Origin: Batkoa obscura
Lineage: Eukaryota
NCBI GenBank assembly: GCA_030770535.1
Contig: JASVEC010000184.1
Span: 1 to 34,867 of the forward strand
DNA length: 34,867 bases
Direction: 5' to 3'
Numbering within the stretch: the first letter of the stretch is position 1; each line of letters opens with the position of its first letter. A program made the position numbers and the translations under genes. The notes under the pieces were generated by a model. The model had not been told where the DNA came from. It saw nothing but the letters and a program-made list of their open reading frames with translations, and made no database searches. Of this stretch, positions 1 to 11,688 are shown piece after piece.

Positions 1-508
1 TAACTTGAATTGTTCTTTCATCGTATTGATATTCATTTCAGTCCATACTGAAGGTTCGATACCTCTCTCTATCGCAGCGTTCTCAGCAGGTAAACCAAAT
101 GCATCCCAACCCATGGGGTGAATGACCTATTTATTAATTAGATATATATATATAATTTAATCATAATATCAAGAACTTACTTCAAACCCTTTTAATTTAT
201 AATATCTAGCAATCATATCCGATATAGTATATACTCTTACATGGCCCATATGTAAATTACCACTTGGGTATGGAAACATAGAGAGAATAAATTTTTTTTC
301 GTCTGTATTGGGTTGCTTAACCAATTTTTTCTCTTGCCATACTTTTTCCCATTTTTTTTCTATAGTTTCGAAATTGTAAGTTGAAGTATTGTATGAGCGT
401 AGTTGGGTTAGAGCTAAAAGGAAGGAAGTTAATAATAAATAAGAAGTGATATGAGAGGTTGGATGTTTTACCTCGATATCGTCTTATTACTCGTTGGGTT
501 GTTAACAT
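1..508 (-). CDS. NAM2: Mitochondrial leucyl-tRNA synthetase, 5' part (continues beyond window start); exons 508-472, 413-181, 126-<1
   Basis: Splicing GT-AG introns 471-414 and 180-127 gives [81 protein letters not shown]. This has the class I HIGH-type motif (HMGH) and the [14 protein letters not shown] motif of bacterial/mitochondrial LeuRS. The Arg-rich, acid-free N-terminus resembles a presequence. Confidence 0.93.
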
Positions 509-905
509 GATTTATTTCTATGTCTAATTCTAAGAGGAATGAAAAATTAAATAAGGTAGTATCGAAGTTACAATAAAATATATATTGTCTTAATGATTGT
601 CTTATCATTGTTTAATTGAGTAATTTTAATAAAGTAGAAGAGTAAAATGAGATTTAAGTAAATCAAACCATAGAAGTATAGACAATGAGACAATATTTAT
701 TTTTAATAAGTGATAATGATAGCATAAGTACATAATATTATGTTAAAAACAATTAGTATTATAAGAAATAAATGTAATAAGTTGATAGTTTAAATATGAT
801 AACTATGACAATACTTATTTATAAATAAGTATAAAATAAAAATATTGATTTTTTAAAAGTTATGAAAACAAGATAAATAAAGTTGAAAGTTTGATTGACA
901 CATTT

Positions 906-1002
906 GAGAATGTGTTTTTGTTTAAGAACTTTACTAACAATCTTTCTACTCAAATAGTGCTTAAAAAAAGAAAAAAGTGATGAAATTAAAAAACGCTTCT
1001 GT
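906..1002 (-). mobile_element. Degenerate MITE copy
   Basis: Internal core ctttactaacaatctttctactcaaatagtgcttaaaaa matches the family in reverse; termini are eroded. Confidence 0.7.
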
Positions 1003-1312
1003 ATTTTGTTCAATATAAGGGTTCAAAAGTGAGAATAAAAATGCAATATAATAATAAATTGATTTCTAATAATGAGATAACTATTTATTATTTCAATTTC
1101 ATAATCAAATTTTTATTTCAAGTAACAATTAAACAATTTTTATACAAGAACAATATGCATATAGCGGCATATTAAGCAGGTCAAACATTAGCATTTCTCA
1201 TGATATAATAATGGATTTAAAAAAAAGAATTAATGTTTTCTAATTAGAAATGATAAAAAAATATAAAGTAAAATTCAAAGAACTTTTAAATTTATAAAAA
1301 TATTAGTTTATA

Positions 1313-1930
1313 ATGTTTGGTAAAGAAAAAAAATCACCATTACCACCTAGCTATGATGAGGTCAACATGGAAGAAAGAAATTCGAATGGCATCTTATTTA
1401 ATGATGAGAATCAAAAAGAGATTATGAATTTTGTTGTTAAAAATTCAGGGACAGTAGAGAGAAGCGTAATTATTAAAGGTGATAACAGAACCGAATATAA
1501 GTGTACTTTAAAAACGAAATCAGCAGAATTTACAAATAAAAATGGGAATGTAGTATTGAATCTGAAAGAATGTAACTTTATGTGTATGTATACCTTTTGG
1601 GAAGTTGTTAATATCACTAATAAGATAAAATACAAAAGCGTCAAATTATATTCCGTGATTATTAAGGAAAAACCTGAGTATCACCTTCATTTAATCGATC
1701 ACGACAGTCGAATAGCAGAATATAAATGGGGAGAAAGTAAGTTTGGCGGTAAATGGAAGTTATCTGGTCCAGATTCTGATATTATATTGACATATAAATA
1801 CTCTCTTTTACATTCAAATACTTTAAAACAGTTTATTAATCTTGATGACCAAGATTTAGATATCTTTTTATTTACATTGGGTATTATATTAAATGATACT
1901 TTGAGTAGAACAAGACAAATTGCTAATTAA
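1313..1930 (+). CDS. Hypothetical 205-aa protein with an N-terminal PPxY motif; possibly LURP-one/tubby-like beta fold
   Basis: Intronless 618-nt ORF in very AT-rich DNA; PPSY motif; beta-strand-like middle and hydrophobic C-terminal helix (DIFLFTLGIIL). The fold call is inference only. Confidence 0.65.
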   Translation: MFGKEKKSPLPPSYDEVNMEERNSNGILFNDENQKEIMNFVVKNSGTVERSVIIKGDNRTEYKCTLKTKSAEFTNKNGNVVLNLKECNFMCMYTFWEVVNITNKIKYKSVKLYSVIIKEKPEYHLHLIDHDSRIAEYKWGESKFGGKWKLSGPDSDIILTYKYSLLHSNTLKQFINLDDQDLDIFLFTLGIILNDTLSRTRQIAN

Positions 1931-3305
1931 TCGATGACTAAGTGTAAATAAAGTTATGTATCAAGGTTTCTGACTTTATTTATATGTTGTTTTGTTATTT
2001 TTATATTAAGATATCAATGGTTAGTTTTAAAAGGTATGTAATAAACTACCAATTTTATAGTAGTAATATGATGTAACTCATTTTAACTGTTAGACTTTTT
2101 TTTATTCGATATGGGCTTATATATCTTTAGATAATACCAAAAAATAACTTAGATTTATCGTTTGCAGCACATTGTAACTTGTCAGTAATAGTAGACTATT
2201 CTGATATACCACTTGATTTCATAAAAACATTCTGGTACATCTCAAACTAACTTTAACAGCATAAATAGTAAATTAACGGCATTCAAATTATATTAAATAA
2301 TACAAAAATCAATCTATCCCTACATACTTTACTTGTCTTTAACCCTAACCATTTTTGGAAAGCTAGAATAGTTGACTATAAGCTTAACCATCTTAATATG
2401 GTCAATGGGGCCGATGTTAGCAAAATCAAAAATTGTGTAAAAATTTATAAATTAGATAGCCAGAACATAATAAGAGTGAATAAAATAGACATTCTTTTAA
2501 CTATTGAAAAACTAGAAAATGAAACAACTGCTTTTATTAAAATAGAAAGCATTAAAAAAACCAAGGTCTTTTTAATAGGGAAGATATTATCACTCGTGCC
2601 TTTAATATCCAGAACAACCATCATTTGATAAATGGAATAAATAGATAGCTATATCCTATCGCTGCTAGTTCCTGTGATGCTGCTATTGTATCTTTAATTG
2701 CTGGTATATATAAATTTTATTCAATAAAAGCTATTACTTTCCATGAACCAGTACTTCATTATTAAAGGGTACTGTTTGTCATGGCGGTATCTACTATGTG
2801 AATGGATACAACTAGTCACTACTATTACTTCAATAGATAGTTTTCCTAAACATGCTTCCAACTATGGTATTTCCAAACTTTTAGATTCTTTTGAGTAAAT
2901 TTTCATTTCAGTAGTAAATGCAGTTAGTTGTGGATTTGTGATAAGTAGTGACCATTTATGGCATAAAAATTGTCAATCAAATAGTAAAAGCGAATGTAAA
3001 GGTACATATATTAATCGAAATTGAGAATACCAATAGGAAGGAGGCAATGATCGACGTGATGAAGCCTACTCAGAATCAAGGCTTTTTTAGCCCCAGAATC
3101 TAGAGTGATTGCTTATTTTATCTCTTCAAAAGGAAACATCGTTAGTAAAATGATTTCGATTCTCATGGACAATTATTTATGCTATCATTTATTTATGCCT
3201 GTGATCAAAAGCCCAATAGTTTTAATGCCAAAAACGCTACTAATAAATAGTATAATGCAGTCATTAGAACTGGTAATGGTCGTTCTTATCAGAAGGAGGC
3301 TATAT

Positions 3306-3398
3306 GGGAATGTTCTTTCGTTCAAGGATTTTACCACAATTTTTCCACTCAGGTAGCGTTTAAAAATCGAAAAGTTGATGAAACAAGGGAATATACTC
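3306..3398 (-). mobile_element. Degenerate MITE copy
   Basis: atat-GGGAATGT start and core tttttccactcaggtagcgtttaaaaa. Confidence 0.7.
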
Positions 3399-3746
3399 AT
3401 GTACTCATGATTTTATCAAGGCTCAACAATAAAATAAAATTGAAAGAAATATTAACAAAATCATTCAGAAAATAAGATTAGGCTAAACAAAGACAAAGTG
3501 GTATATATCTACTCTTTGTAATACAAAGAAAAGAAATTTAACATTTGAACATTTAAGTTATTGAAAACCCCATTAGAGTAACTTGTAGCTGGATGTTCTT
3601 CGTTTTTAATTTGTAGCCAAATTATTTTGCTATGAATTTAAATATAAAGACTATAATTCTTATACCCATATCAAAAAAATCGACTCTAAATTAAAAACAA
3701 TAAAAGACATTTAATTGTAAGCTGTCATATATTTTTAACAATATAT

Positions 3747-3940
3747 GTGATTTTTTTTTGGTTCCATGAGTTTTTCCATTTTAAAGCGCTATTTTAGCGG
3801 AAAGATTATTAGTAAAATTCTTAAACAAGACACATTCCCATATGATGTTTTTTTTTGGCTCCATTACTTTTTCCATCTTTTGAGTGCTATTTGAATGGAA
3901 AAACTGTTAGTAAAATTCTTGAATATAAAAATATATCCCC
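3747..3940 (+). mobile_element. Two head-to-tail MITE copies (3747-3839, 3844-3940) sharing a central ATAT
   Basis: Two consecutive family cores ending cattccc and tatcccc, with ATAT at 3743-46, 3840-43 and 3941-44. Confidence 0.8.
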
Positions 3941-4436
3941 ATATTTTACATTTTATCAAACTTGATACAATTTTTTTTAATGCAAATTATTTGCAAGGTT
4001 TAACAAAAAAGATGTGCTAATTATTGAAAAAAGGATTTTATAATTTTTTTCAAACCTTGTAGAACAAGGTATTGAAAGAATTTTACTTTATTGTTAATAG
4101 CATTTGAAGCTAAGTGAAAAGTCCCAAACCTTTTAAATCACAATACTAAAAGTTGTACAACTATTATTTTAAATTCAGAGCCATTGCAAATCACCAAATA
4201 AAGTACTGTGCCATTATTCTCTTTAAGATGAAGCTATTAAAATTAACTCTATTTAGCTAATTCAATGTGATAAATCTAACGATATAAAAACCCAAATCAA
4301 TAAAGTTAGATAGAGAATTTGATAAAATAAACTCAGTAAATTTAAAAGTAATAAAAGACTGGCTTCTTAATTACTTTAAATATATCCGACTAAAATTTTT
4401 ACTCCAATTTTCTACATATACTTTCATTGTCATTAA

Positions 4437-5582
4437 ATGAAACTATTGTCATCGTTATCAAGCTTTTTATATTGTTATTTATTGATATTCAATTCAATAT
4501 TAATAAATAACATAACAGGTGTAAAAGTGGTAATTGAAAATGGCCCAGTGAGCCAAACTCTTTATTTAGCTAATGATATAACAAAAAAATCGCTAGGATT
4601 AGCAGTGAAAGTGACGGGAGGGACTTTAGGATTAGCTGAAAGCACGGTCAATACCACCCTAGAAACTGCAATAAATCCATTAGCTTTTAAAGATAACTCA
4701 GAAAGATTTCAAAAATCCTTAAGAGGGGATCTGAATAAAGTTGCTGAGATATTCCAAGAATTACAACCTAAAAGTATACCGTTACCTACGAGTATCAATT
4801 TAATTAGTGTAGATGAACCATATGCTAAAAGAATGGCATATCTTGCTGGTACATCATATTGTAATAATAGCAATATTGTAAGTTGGAATTGTACCCGTTG
4901 TCAACAATTTCCGGAAGCTAGAGCGTTTGGGATTTACCTTGACGAAGTAACCCAGGGTAAAGCGGTACTTATCATTGATGAGAGAGGTAAAAATATCGTG
5001 TTATCATTTCGTGGTACCTCCAATATTTATAACTGGTTTTCAAATGCACAGGTTTTATTAACAAATCTATATTTCGGTAATTTTAAAATCAAGGTGCATT
5101 CTGGGTTTAAAGCTATGAATGAAAAATTATTTAAATTATATTCCAATGATTTAAAAGAGTTATTGAAACAATATTCTGATTTTAATTTAATTATAACTGG
5201 TCATTCTTTAGGCGGGGCAGTCTCTTCTTTAGCAACAATAAAAATTAAAGAAAAGCTAAATATCAAAGATGATCGATTAATTAACATAAGCTATGGTTCA
5301 CCAAGGGTTGGAAATCACCATTTTGCGTTGAAATATAATTCAATGAAACATCGAGTATTAAGAGTAACGAACAAAAGAGATATTGTACCACATATACCAC
5401 CAAGATTATTAGGTTATGCTCACCATCAACGTGAATTTTGGGTAGAAACACCACCAAAGTTAAATAAATTTTGTGATCAATCAGTCTATGAAGATCCAAA
5501 TTGCTCATTATCAATGGAACCTGAACTTTCAGTTCAAGATCATTTCGTATATTGGGATATTCATATAAGTGGGACTTGTTAA
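4437..5582 (+). CDS. Secreted class 3 triacylglycerol lipase (copy 1)
   Basis: Signal peptide; FRGTS oxyanion region; VHSGF; GHSLGG nucleophile elbow; YGSPRVGN; DIVPHIPP; C-terminal DH. Confidence 0.95.
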   Translation: MKLLSSLSSFLYCYLLIFNSILINNITGVKVVIENGPVSQTLYLANDITKKSLGLAVKVTGGTLGLAESTVNTTLETAINPLAFKDNSERFQKSLRGDLNKVAEIFQELQPKSIPLPTSINLISVDEPYAKRMAYLAGTSYCNNSNIVSWNCTRCQQFPEARAFGIYLDEVTQGKAVLIIDERGKNIVLSFRGTSNIYNWFSNAQVLLTNLYFGNFKIKVHSGFKAMNEKLFKLYSNDLKELLKQYSDFNLIITGHSLGGAVSSLATIKIKEKLNIKDDRLINISYGSPRVGNHHFALKYNSMKHRVLRVTNKRDIVPHIPPRLLGYAHHQREFWVETPPKLNKFCDQSVYEDPNCSLSMEPELSVQDHFVYWDIHISGTC

Positions 5583-5746
5583 ATTTACTTAATGCTTCAC
5601 TATAAATACAATAGGGAATATGGTATAATGACGCTAAATATAGCCCAATTAAGTATTAATCTGTTTTTTAAACTAAGTTCTAAATTTAGTTTAAACTAAT
5701 TTATTATATTTAATAAAATAAACCATCACAATTATTTGCATTACTA

Positions 5747-5779
5747 TTACTAATTACTAATTACTAATTACTAATTACT
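5747..5779. repeat. Tandem repeat (TTACTAA) x ~4.7
   Basis: ttactaattactaattactaattactaattact read directly. Confidence 0.85.
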
Positions 5780-6526
5780 GATATTTTTACAAATAACAAA
5801 AAGATAAACAAAAAGCATTATGCACAAAGAAGATTCAAGCTTACAAGATTAAGTAGTATTGTTTTTTATTTTATTATCCCCTTAATAATGTAACATTCAT
5901 TTAATATTATTACATTAGTATTACTATTTGCTAACGTTCTCGAATAAAATTGTAAGACAAATTAATTATAACTCATGATAAAACAAAGAAACATTCTGCA
6001 TATATAAAAGATATACCAAACTTACTTAGGTAGTGTTGTTTTATGTTGTCCCCCTTAATGTTATAATACTTTTTCATCAACATCTATTATTTAGTTTAGT
6101 ATGAACAGATAGAAAATAGTTTGATTTAATCCCCCTTTAAAATAGTATCTTATTTTTTGAGATTTAAATATAATAACACGGTTTATTGCACTAAAATGTA
6201 TTATTACAATTTAATGTAGTGATACAACTTAGTATAATATTATATAATATCAGCGCTATATCGTATTCCATATTGAACTGATAATATAAAAATCTAAATT
6301 CGTTAGCTTAGTTAACTGAACAATGCTTATTATTTTCAAAGGCATAGTCTAAATATAGGTAGTGTGTTGAATAAATGAAAAGATTAGATCATTTGAAGAT
6401 ACTAAATTTAATGCTTATTTATTTAAAAAAATCAAAGTATAAATTGAATATGATGTTAAAGGAAAAATGAATCAAAATAACTAAATTTATTATACTTAAT
6501 ATACATAATAGCTAATATACACTCAA

Positions 6527-6889
6527 ATGAAAGCTCTTTTGACCTTTTTCTGCTTACTGTCTTCAGTTTTATCCAGCAAATTAATAAGTACTCACTTGTA
6601 CAGTAACGAACTATCTGAAATAAACAAATATCCACCATTTTGTGGAGCGATACCAAAGGGAGTAAACTTAAACTATATTACTGCGGTCCAAAATTTAGAT
6701 AAAAAAGACTGTTTCTCTTGCTTAAAAGTGAGCAACCAGTTGACTAACCAGTCTGTTTACGTCACCGTAGTAGATTCTGGTGGTAATAATTTAGATCTTT
6801 GTAATTATGCTTTCATTCAGTTATTTGGCACAGATTCAGGCACTTTTAACGCTGCTTGGGAGTATGTTGATACCTCTTATTGTAAGTGA
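6527..6889 (+). CDS. Small secreted RlpA-like double-psi beta-barrel (barwin/expansin-like) protein
   Basis: Signal peptide; motif CFSCLKVSN..SVYVTVVDSGGNNLDLCNYAFIQL resembles the C..CL.VTN...V.V.VVD....LDL...AF..L pattern; ends W.YV...C. Confidence 0.8.
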   Translation: MKALLTFFCLLSSVLSSKLISTHLYSNELSEINKYPPFCGAIPKGVNLNYITAVQNLDKKDCFSCLKVSNQLTNQSVYVTVVDSGGNNLDLCNYAFIQLFGTDSGTFNAAWEYVDTSYCK

Positions 6890-6955
6890 TATGCTGGGGT
6901 TTTATATTAAAGTTGTTACTTGATTTTTCAATTCAATTTTATTATTATTATATAT

Positions 6956-7051
6956 GAGTGTTTTTTTTAGTTTTCTGACTTTTTCCATCTTTTAAGTGTT
7001 ATTTAAGCGAAAAAATTGTTAATAAATTGTTAAACCTAAAAATACATCCCC
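6956..7051 (+). mobile_element. MITE copy
   Basis: Family core with 3' end aaaaatacatcccc; 5' terminus degenerate. Confidence 0.8.
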
Positions 7052-7538
7052 TATAATCACTATTTAAACATTGAAAAGTATAATCAGAATATTATTATAA
7101 ATTAGTTAAAACAGAAAATATCATATGATATAAAAGTAAAATAGTAAGTAGTAGCATTTTATAAATAAAAACTATGAATTTTTAAATGAAAGTAATATAA
7201 TATGCATTATATATACGTTCCTTGAGACAGATATAAATGTATTTAAAGCTTAATCCGAATTGGTATGAGTATCAGCAAGCCGAATAACGATATGAGGATG
7301 TCTTTTTTATAAGAGATTTGCAAGTTTTTTTCTTTCAACAGTACTTAAAAAGTGGAAAAAGTGGTTATATCAAAAAAGATATACCTATATATTGTTTTTG
7401 TTTTTTTATACTTTATTTTTAGAGCAACATCAACAAGCAAATAGAGTAGTGAAAAACAATTTAATTCAGTGTGAGCTGTAAGAAAAACTTGAATGACTTC
7501 TATTTTATATGGCGAATTTTATTCAAATATTAAATTTT

Positions 7539-8645
7539 CTAACATTCTCCGCAGATTGGAATATCCCAATAAGTAAGATGATCTAAAGGTTTGACTCTAG
7601 GTTCAATAGACAAAGAGCAACTTACATCTTCAAATATTTTACTGTCACAAACTTTATTTTTACCTTTTGGATCGTTAACCCACAACTCTGTTAAATGGTG
7701 GACATAACCCAACATCCTTGGGGGTAGGTGAGGTATAGCATCACTTTTACTAGTAACTCTTAAAGAACTATGCCCCATTGAACTGATTTTTAATGCAAAA
7801 TTATAATTTCCAATCCTTGGAGAGCCATAGCTTACGTTAATTAATTGGCTATCAGGAATATTAAACTCATCTTTAATCCTTACCATTGATAAGGTAGATA
7901 CTGCACCTCCCAAAGAATGACCAGTTGTAATTAATTGATAGTCTGGGTAGGTAGATAATATTAATTTCAAATCGTCTTTATATAGACCAAATAAATTATC
8001 TGCTGTTAATTTAAACCCAGAATGAACTTTGATCTTACGATCATTACCATACAATGGGACAAGGCGAAAGCGAGCATCTTGCAACCAATTGTTGACCGTC
8101 GAGGATCCACGAAAGGCTAACACTATCAACTTCTTCTTCTGATTTGTTACAAGCACTCCTCTACCTTCCGTATCTTTATCAAAATAAATTTTGAATAACT
8201 TCGAGTCTGGTAAACTTTCGCAATGAGTACAACTCCAAGTTTGTAATTTTTTTTCATCACAGAAAGAAGTTCCAGCATAATAAGCAATGTTTTTGGCCTC
8301 CTCTTCAGTTACTTTTTTTAAGTTAGTATTTGTTGGCAATAATATACTTTGAGGTAATAAATCCTTAAATCCATCTGCTAACTTTTTAATGTCATCTTGT
8401 AAGATCTGTTGAAAGGCAAATGGGTTTTTTATAAGTGTCATTGTATTATTATGCACATCCTTAAGAAGCCTAAATGGATCATTTATAAAAGACTTAGCAT
8501 TCACAGTTGGTAAATCTTTATTGTAGTAAACTGGTCTCTTTTTAAGTAAGCCATCTAAGAGTCCAGGTTCAACACATATTACATAATTAATTAATCCTAG
8601 ATTAACAAGTAATAGTGATAAAAGGTCAGCTGAAAATAATTTCAT
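7539..8645 (-). CDS. Secreted class 3 lipase (copy 2)
   Basis: Signal peptide; FRGSS; VHSGF; GHSLGG; YGSPRIGN; DAIPHLPP; DHLTYW. Confidence 0.95.
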   Translation of the reverse strand: MKLFSADLLSLLLVNLGLINYVICVEPGLLDGLLKKRPVYYNKDLPTVNAKSFINDPFRLLKDVHNNTMTLIKNPFAFQQILQDDIKKLADGFKDLLPQSILLPTNTNLKKVTEEEAKNIAYYAGTSFCDEKKLQTWSCTHCESLPDSKLFKIYFDKDTEGRGVLVTNQKKKLIVLAFRGSSTVNNWLQDARFRLVPLYGNDRKIKVHSGFKLTADNLFGLYKDDLKLILSTYPDYQLITTGHSLGGAVSTLSMVRIKDEFNIPDSQLINVSYGSPRIGNYNFALKISSMGHSSLRVTSKSDAIPHLPPRMLGYVHHLTELWVNDPKGKNKVCDSKIFEDVSCSLSIEPRVKPLDHLTYWDIPICGEC

Positions 8646-9196
8646 TTTATAGTTAGAATATAGACTAATGATTAATTGAATTAAGAAACCAGTTTCTTAT
8701 CGTCTTTATAAATATCATTAACAATGATTTTTCTTTATTTTTTTACACCACTTTAAGATACGGTTAATCTATGTGATCTTCCTTTCATTCTTAAACATGT
8801 ACTAATTTTACTAAATTTAATCTTAAATTTGAAAATATGGCATTTATAGCTATTTCAACTCTATTGCAAATTAACTAGTGGAGTTTTAAACGATTTAGAA
8901 AGCTAATTTTTTTAGCACTCTAACCCTTTATATTTGAATTGATTCTACTATTTTTTTAAATTGACAGCCAAAGATTTACAAAAGAGATGAGTAATTTGTC
9001 TTTTAAATTTAATTCAATTGGATCTTTATTTAGCTCAACTTATGTTTTTAAAATCACTTAATGAGGCCATTTTAATTTTAAATAATGCTAAATACCTGAT
9101 ATAATATAAGTTGTTAGGCTTAAGCTCTAAGGTTTTATTTGTCAAAAACATATCAACAAATAAAAGGGTTTACAGCCAAATATTAAGTAGAGATTT

Positions 9197-9297
9197 AAGA
9201 ATGTTTTTTTAGTTTCACGACTTTTTCAATTTTTAAGCACTATTTGAGTGGAAAAATTAGTAAAATTCTTAAGAATGAATGGAAATGTATTTTTTGT
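9197..9297 (+). mobile_element. Degenerate MITE copy with an inverted 3' terminus
   Basis: Core runs to aaaattcttaa (9272), followed by the reverse complement of the terminus, ggaaatgtattttttgt. Confidence 0.65.
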
Positions 9298-9719
9298 TTA
9301 ACTACAGCTTTGTAACTCTTTTTAACTAATAGTTTATTTAAGGGTAAAATTTTGCTAAAAAAAATCAAAGGTTAGGCATTAAAAAACTATATTAGTAAAT
9401 ACTGAGATTAGAAATTACTATAAGTTAGGTTTAATTGTAATATAGTTACAAAGCTACAATTAAGGACAAATCTCTGCTTAATATTTAGCTTCAAATCTTT
9501 TTATTTGTTGAAGGTGAGGTGTATTTTTATTTGACAAATAAGACCTTACAGCATAAACTCAAAAACCTATAATAAGTTACTTATAAAATGTTAACAATAA
9601 ACGATAGTTATTTAGCTTCAATGTGTAATGTTTTCTTGAAATTTAATTAAAACATCAATGAGCATTTTTTTTGTAAATGCAAAATTTAAATTATTATAAT
9701 GAATTCAAATACAAAATAT

Positions 9720-9818
9720 GGGGATGTTTTTTTTGGCTTCGTTATTTTTTCCATTTTTTAAACACTATTTGAGTGGAAAATTTGTTAGTAAAATTCTTAA
9801 ATACAAAAATACATCCCC
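9720..9818 (+). mobile_element. Intact MITE copy, ATAT TSD
   Basis: ATAT-GGGGATGT...ACATCCCC-ATAT. Confidence 0.92.
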
Positions 9819-10002
9819 ATATGAAGCCCATTCACATTTAAATTAAATTTGGAGGAAACGAAACACTTCGGATTTGAAGTTAAACAGCTAGATAAGAAAT
9901 TTAATAATATCATAAAGAAAAATCGTTAAAAGTAAACAAAAGTAACCAATGTAAGTTTATTTATTTTGAAACTTTATTTGATAAATACAAATAACATAAG
10001 GA

Positions 10003-11118
10003 TTAACAAATATCAGTCAATGACAACTCCCAATAAGCAAGGTGATCCTTAGTTAAAAGGTAAGGCTCCCCTGATATAGAACAAAATCCATCCTCAAATA
10101 TTTTATTGTTACATAACTTGCCTTTTGATTTGGAATTTTTAACCCACAGCTCCGCTAAAACGTGAACATAATTCATAGACCTTGGAGGGAAGTGAGGAAC
10201 AATGTCTCTAGCATTGGTAACTCTTAAAGCGCTATGCTTCATATAATTATATTTGTATGCAAAATCATAATTCCCTACTCTTGGGGAACCATAGCTTACA
10301 TTTATTAGTTTATCATCGCTGACATTAAATTCATCTTTAACTTTAATTGTCGACAGGGTAGAGATAGCACCGCCTAATGAATGTCCAGTAACAACTATTT
10401 TATAATCTGGGTATTCTTCTAGTAGAGTTTTTAGATCCTCTTTATATAAACTAAATAAGTTATCTGTAACTAATTTAAACCCAGAGTGTACTTCAACTCC
10501 TGGCTTACCTGGGTATAATTCAGTTAGCACGAATTTTGAATTTTGTAGCCAATTTTGAATATTTGAGGTACCACGAAATGCAAGTGCAATGATGCCTTTT
10601 GTGGTATCTACCGCTGATATGGCTCTTCCTTCTGTACTTGGATCTAGATAAATGCCATATACTTTAGCTGTTGGTATCCTCGAGCAAAATGTACAGTTCC
10701 AATACGTTAAATTGGTGTCCCCGCACAGCGAGGCACCGGCATAGTTAAATATCATTTTAGCATCATCTTCTTCGACTAATTTTAACGTACTATTTTTAGG
10801 CAGTGGTAATATTTTTAGCTTTGTATCTGTAAATTCGTGTACTAAGGAATTTAAATCCCCTTTCATTCTGTCTGCAAAACTAAGTGGGTTTAGCAATACA
10901 CCTGCTGTTGTGTTAAGTATTTTAACTGGTATGGTTACTGCTTGTCTTACAGTGCTACCAATCATTTTTGCACTTCCAACTGTGATCCCAAGCGTTGCTC
11001 CTACCCCAGTTTTAAACATTTTAGAGAACAGCCCTAACCCAAATTTGTTGTCACTCACTATCGGGGCTATGTTTATTGTTAATACTAATAGTAATATGAA
11101 TAGGAGAAATGAACGCAT
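10003..11118 (-). CDS. Secreted class 3 lipase (copy 3)
   Basis: Signal peptide; FRGTS; VHSGF; GHSLGG; YGSPRVGN; DIVPHFPP; DHLAYW. Confidence 0.95.
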   Translation of the reverse strand: MRSFLLFILLLVLTINIAPIVSDNKFGLGLFSKMFKTGVGATLGITVGSAKMIGSTVRQAVTIPVKILNTTAGVLLNPLSFADRMKGDLNSLVHEFTDTKLKILPLPKNSTLKLVEEDDAKMIFNYAGASLCGDTNLTYWNCTFCSRIPTAKVYGIYLDPSTEGRAISAVDTTKGIIALAFRGTSNIQNWLQNSKFVLTELYPGKPGVEVHSGFKLVTDNLFSLYKEDLKTLLEEYPDYKIVVTGHSLGGAISTLSTIKVKDEFNVSDDKLINVSYGSPRVGNYDFAYKYNYMKHSALRVTNARDIVPHFPPRSMNYVHVLAELWVKNSKSKGKLCNNKIFEDGFCSISGEPYLLTKDHLAYWELSLTDIC

Positions 11119-11500
11119 TTTAAGATTTAGATAAATTCAAATCCAAAATGAACTTTTAGCTAAATATTAGTTTAAAAATATATACTAACTAAATGGTTGT
11201 TTTTGTTTTTATGATCGTCATTTAATCTGGTTTTGAACTTATTTTAGTTTAAGATTTACTTCTTTTGACGATTTTAATATGGGGCTCAGTTGATTTAAAA
11301 TTAAAGACAAATAAAACAAAAAAGTCTTAACTTTTATTTTAAAGTGGTAAAGCTGTAGTCAAATAACTCAACTCTTTCTAGACACTAACTTAAATGAATA
11401 CTTACATAAAGAACTCTAAGGTTTTTAAATAAAATTGAATTATTCAGAGACTAAATGTTATCTACATAAACGCAAACTCAATCTTTTTTATTTTTTATTT

Positions 11501-11688
11501 AAGGCTTTTTTAATTTCATCACTTGGGGATGTATTTTTTTGTTCAAGGATTTTACTAACAATGTTTCTACTCAAATAGTGCTTAAAAGGTCGAAAAATAA
11601 TAAAACCAAAAAAACCATCCCCACTTTTTCCATTTTTTAAGTGCTATTTGAGCGAAAAGATTGTTAGTAAAATTCTTAATACATTTCC
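11501..11688 (+). mobile_element. Older MITE copy (ATTT flanks) interrupted by a younger copy
   Basis: 11501-11524 plus 11627-11688 rejoin into one family member; ATTT at 11497-11500 and 11689-92. Confidence 0.75.
11525..11622 (-). mobile_element. Intact MITE copy, ACTT TSD, nested in the older copy
   Basis: ACTT-GGGGATGT...CATCCCC-ACTT. Confidence 0.92.

Noticed and set aside
317..508. 63-aa ORF, or an apparent frameshift in LeuRS
   Set aside because: Explained by intron 414-471; the spliced frame is continuous.
819..1013. Short ORFs 819-1013, 3105-3356, 3185-3400 and 23731-23967
   Set aside because: They overlap MITE copies and have no protein motifs.
2150..3300. Less AT-rich stretch including ORF 2398-2628, possibly a decayed gene
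   Set aside because: The frames I read are broken by stops and I could not recognise a family; BLASTX would be needed.
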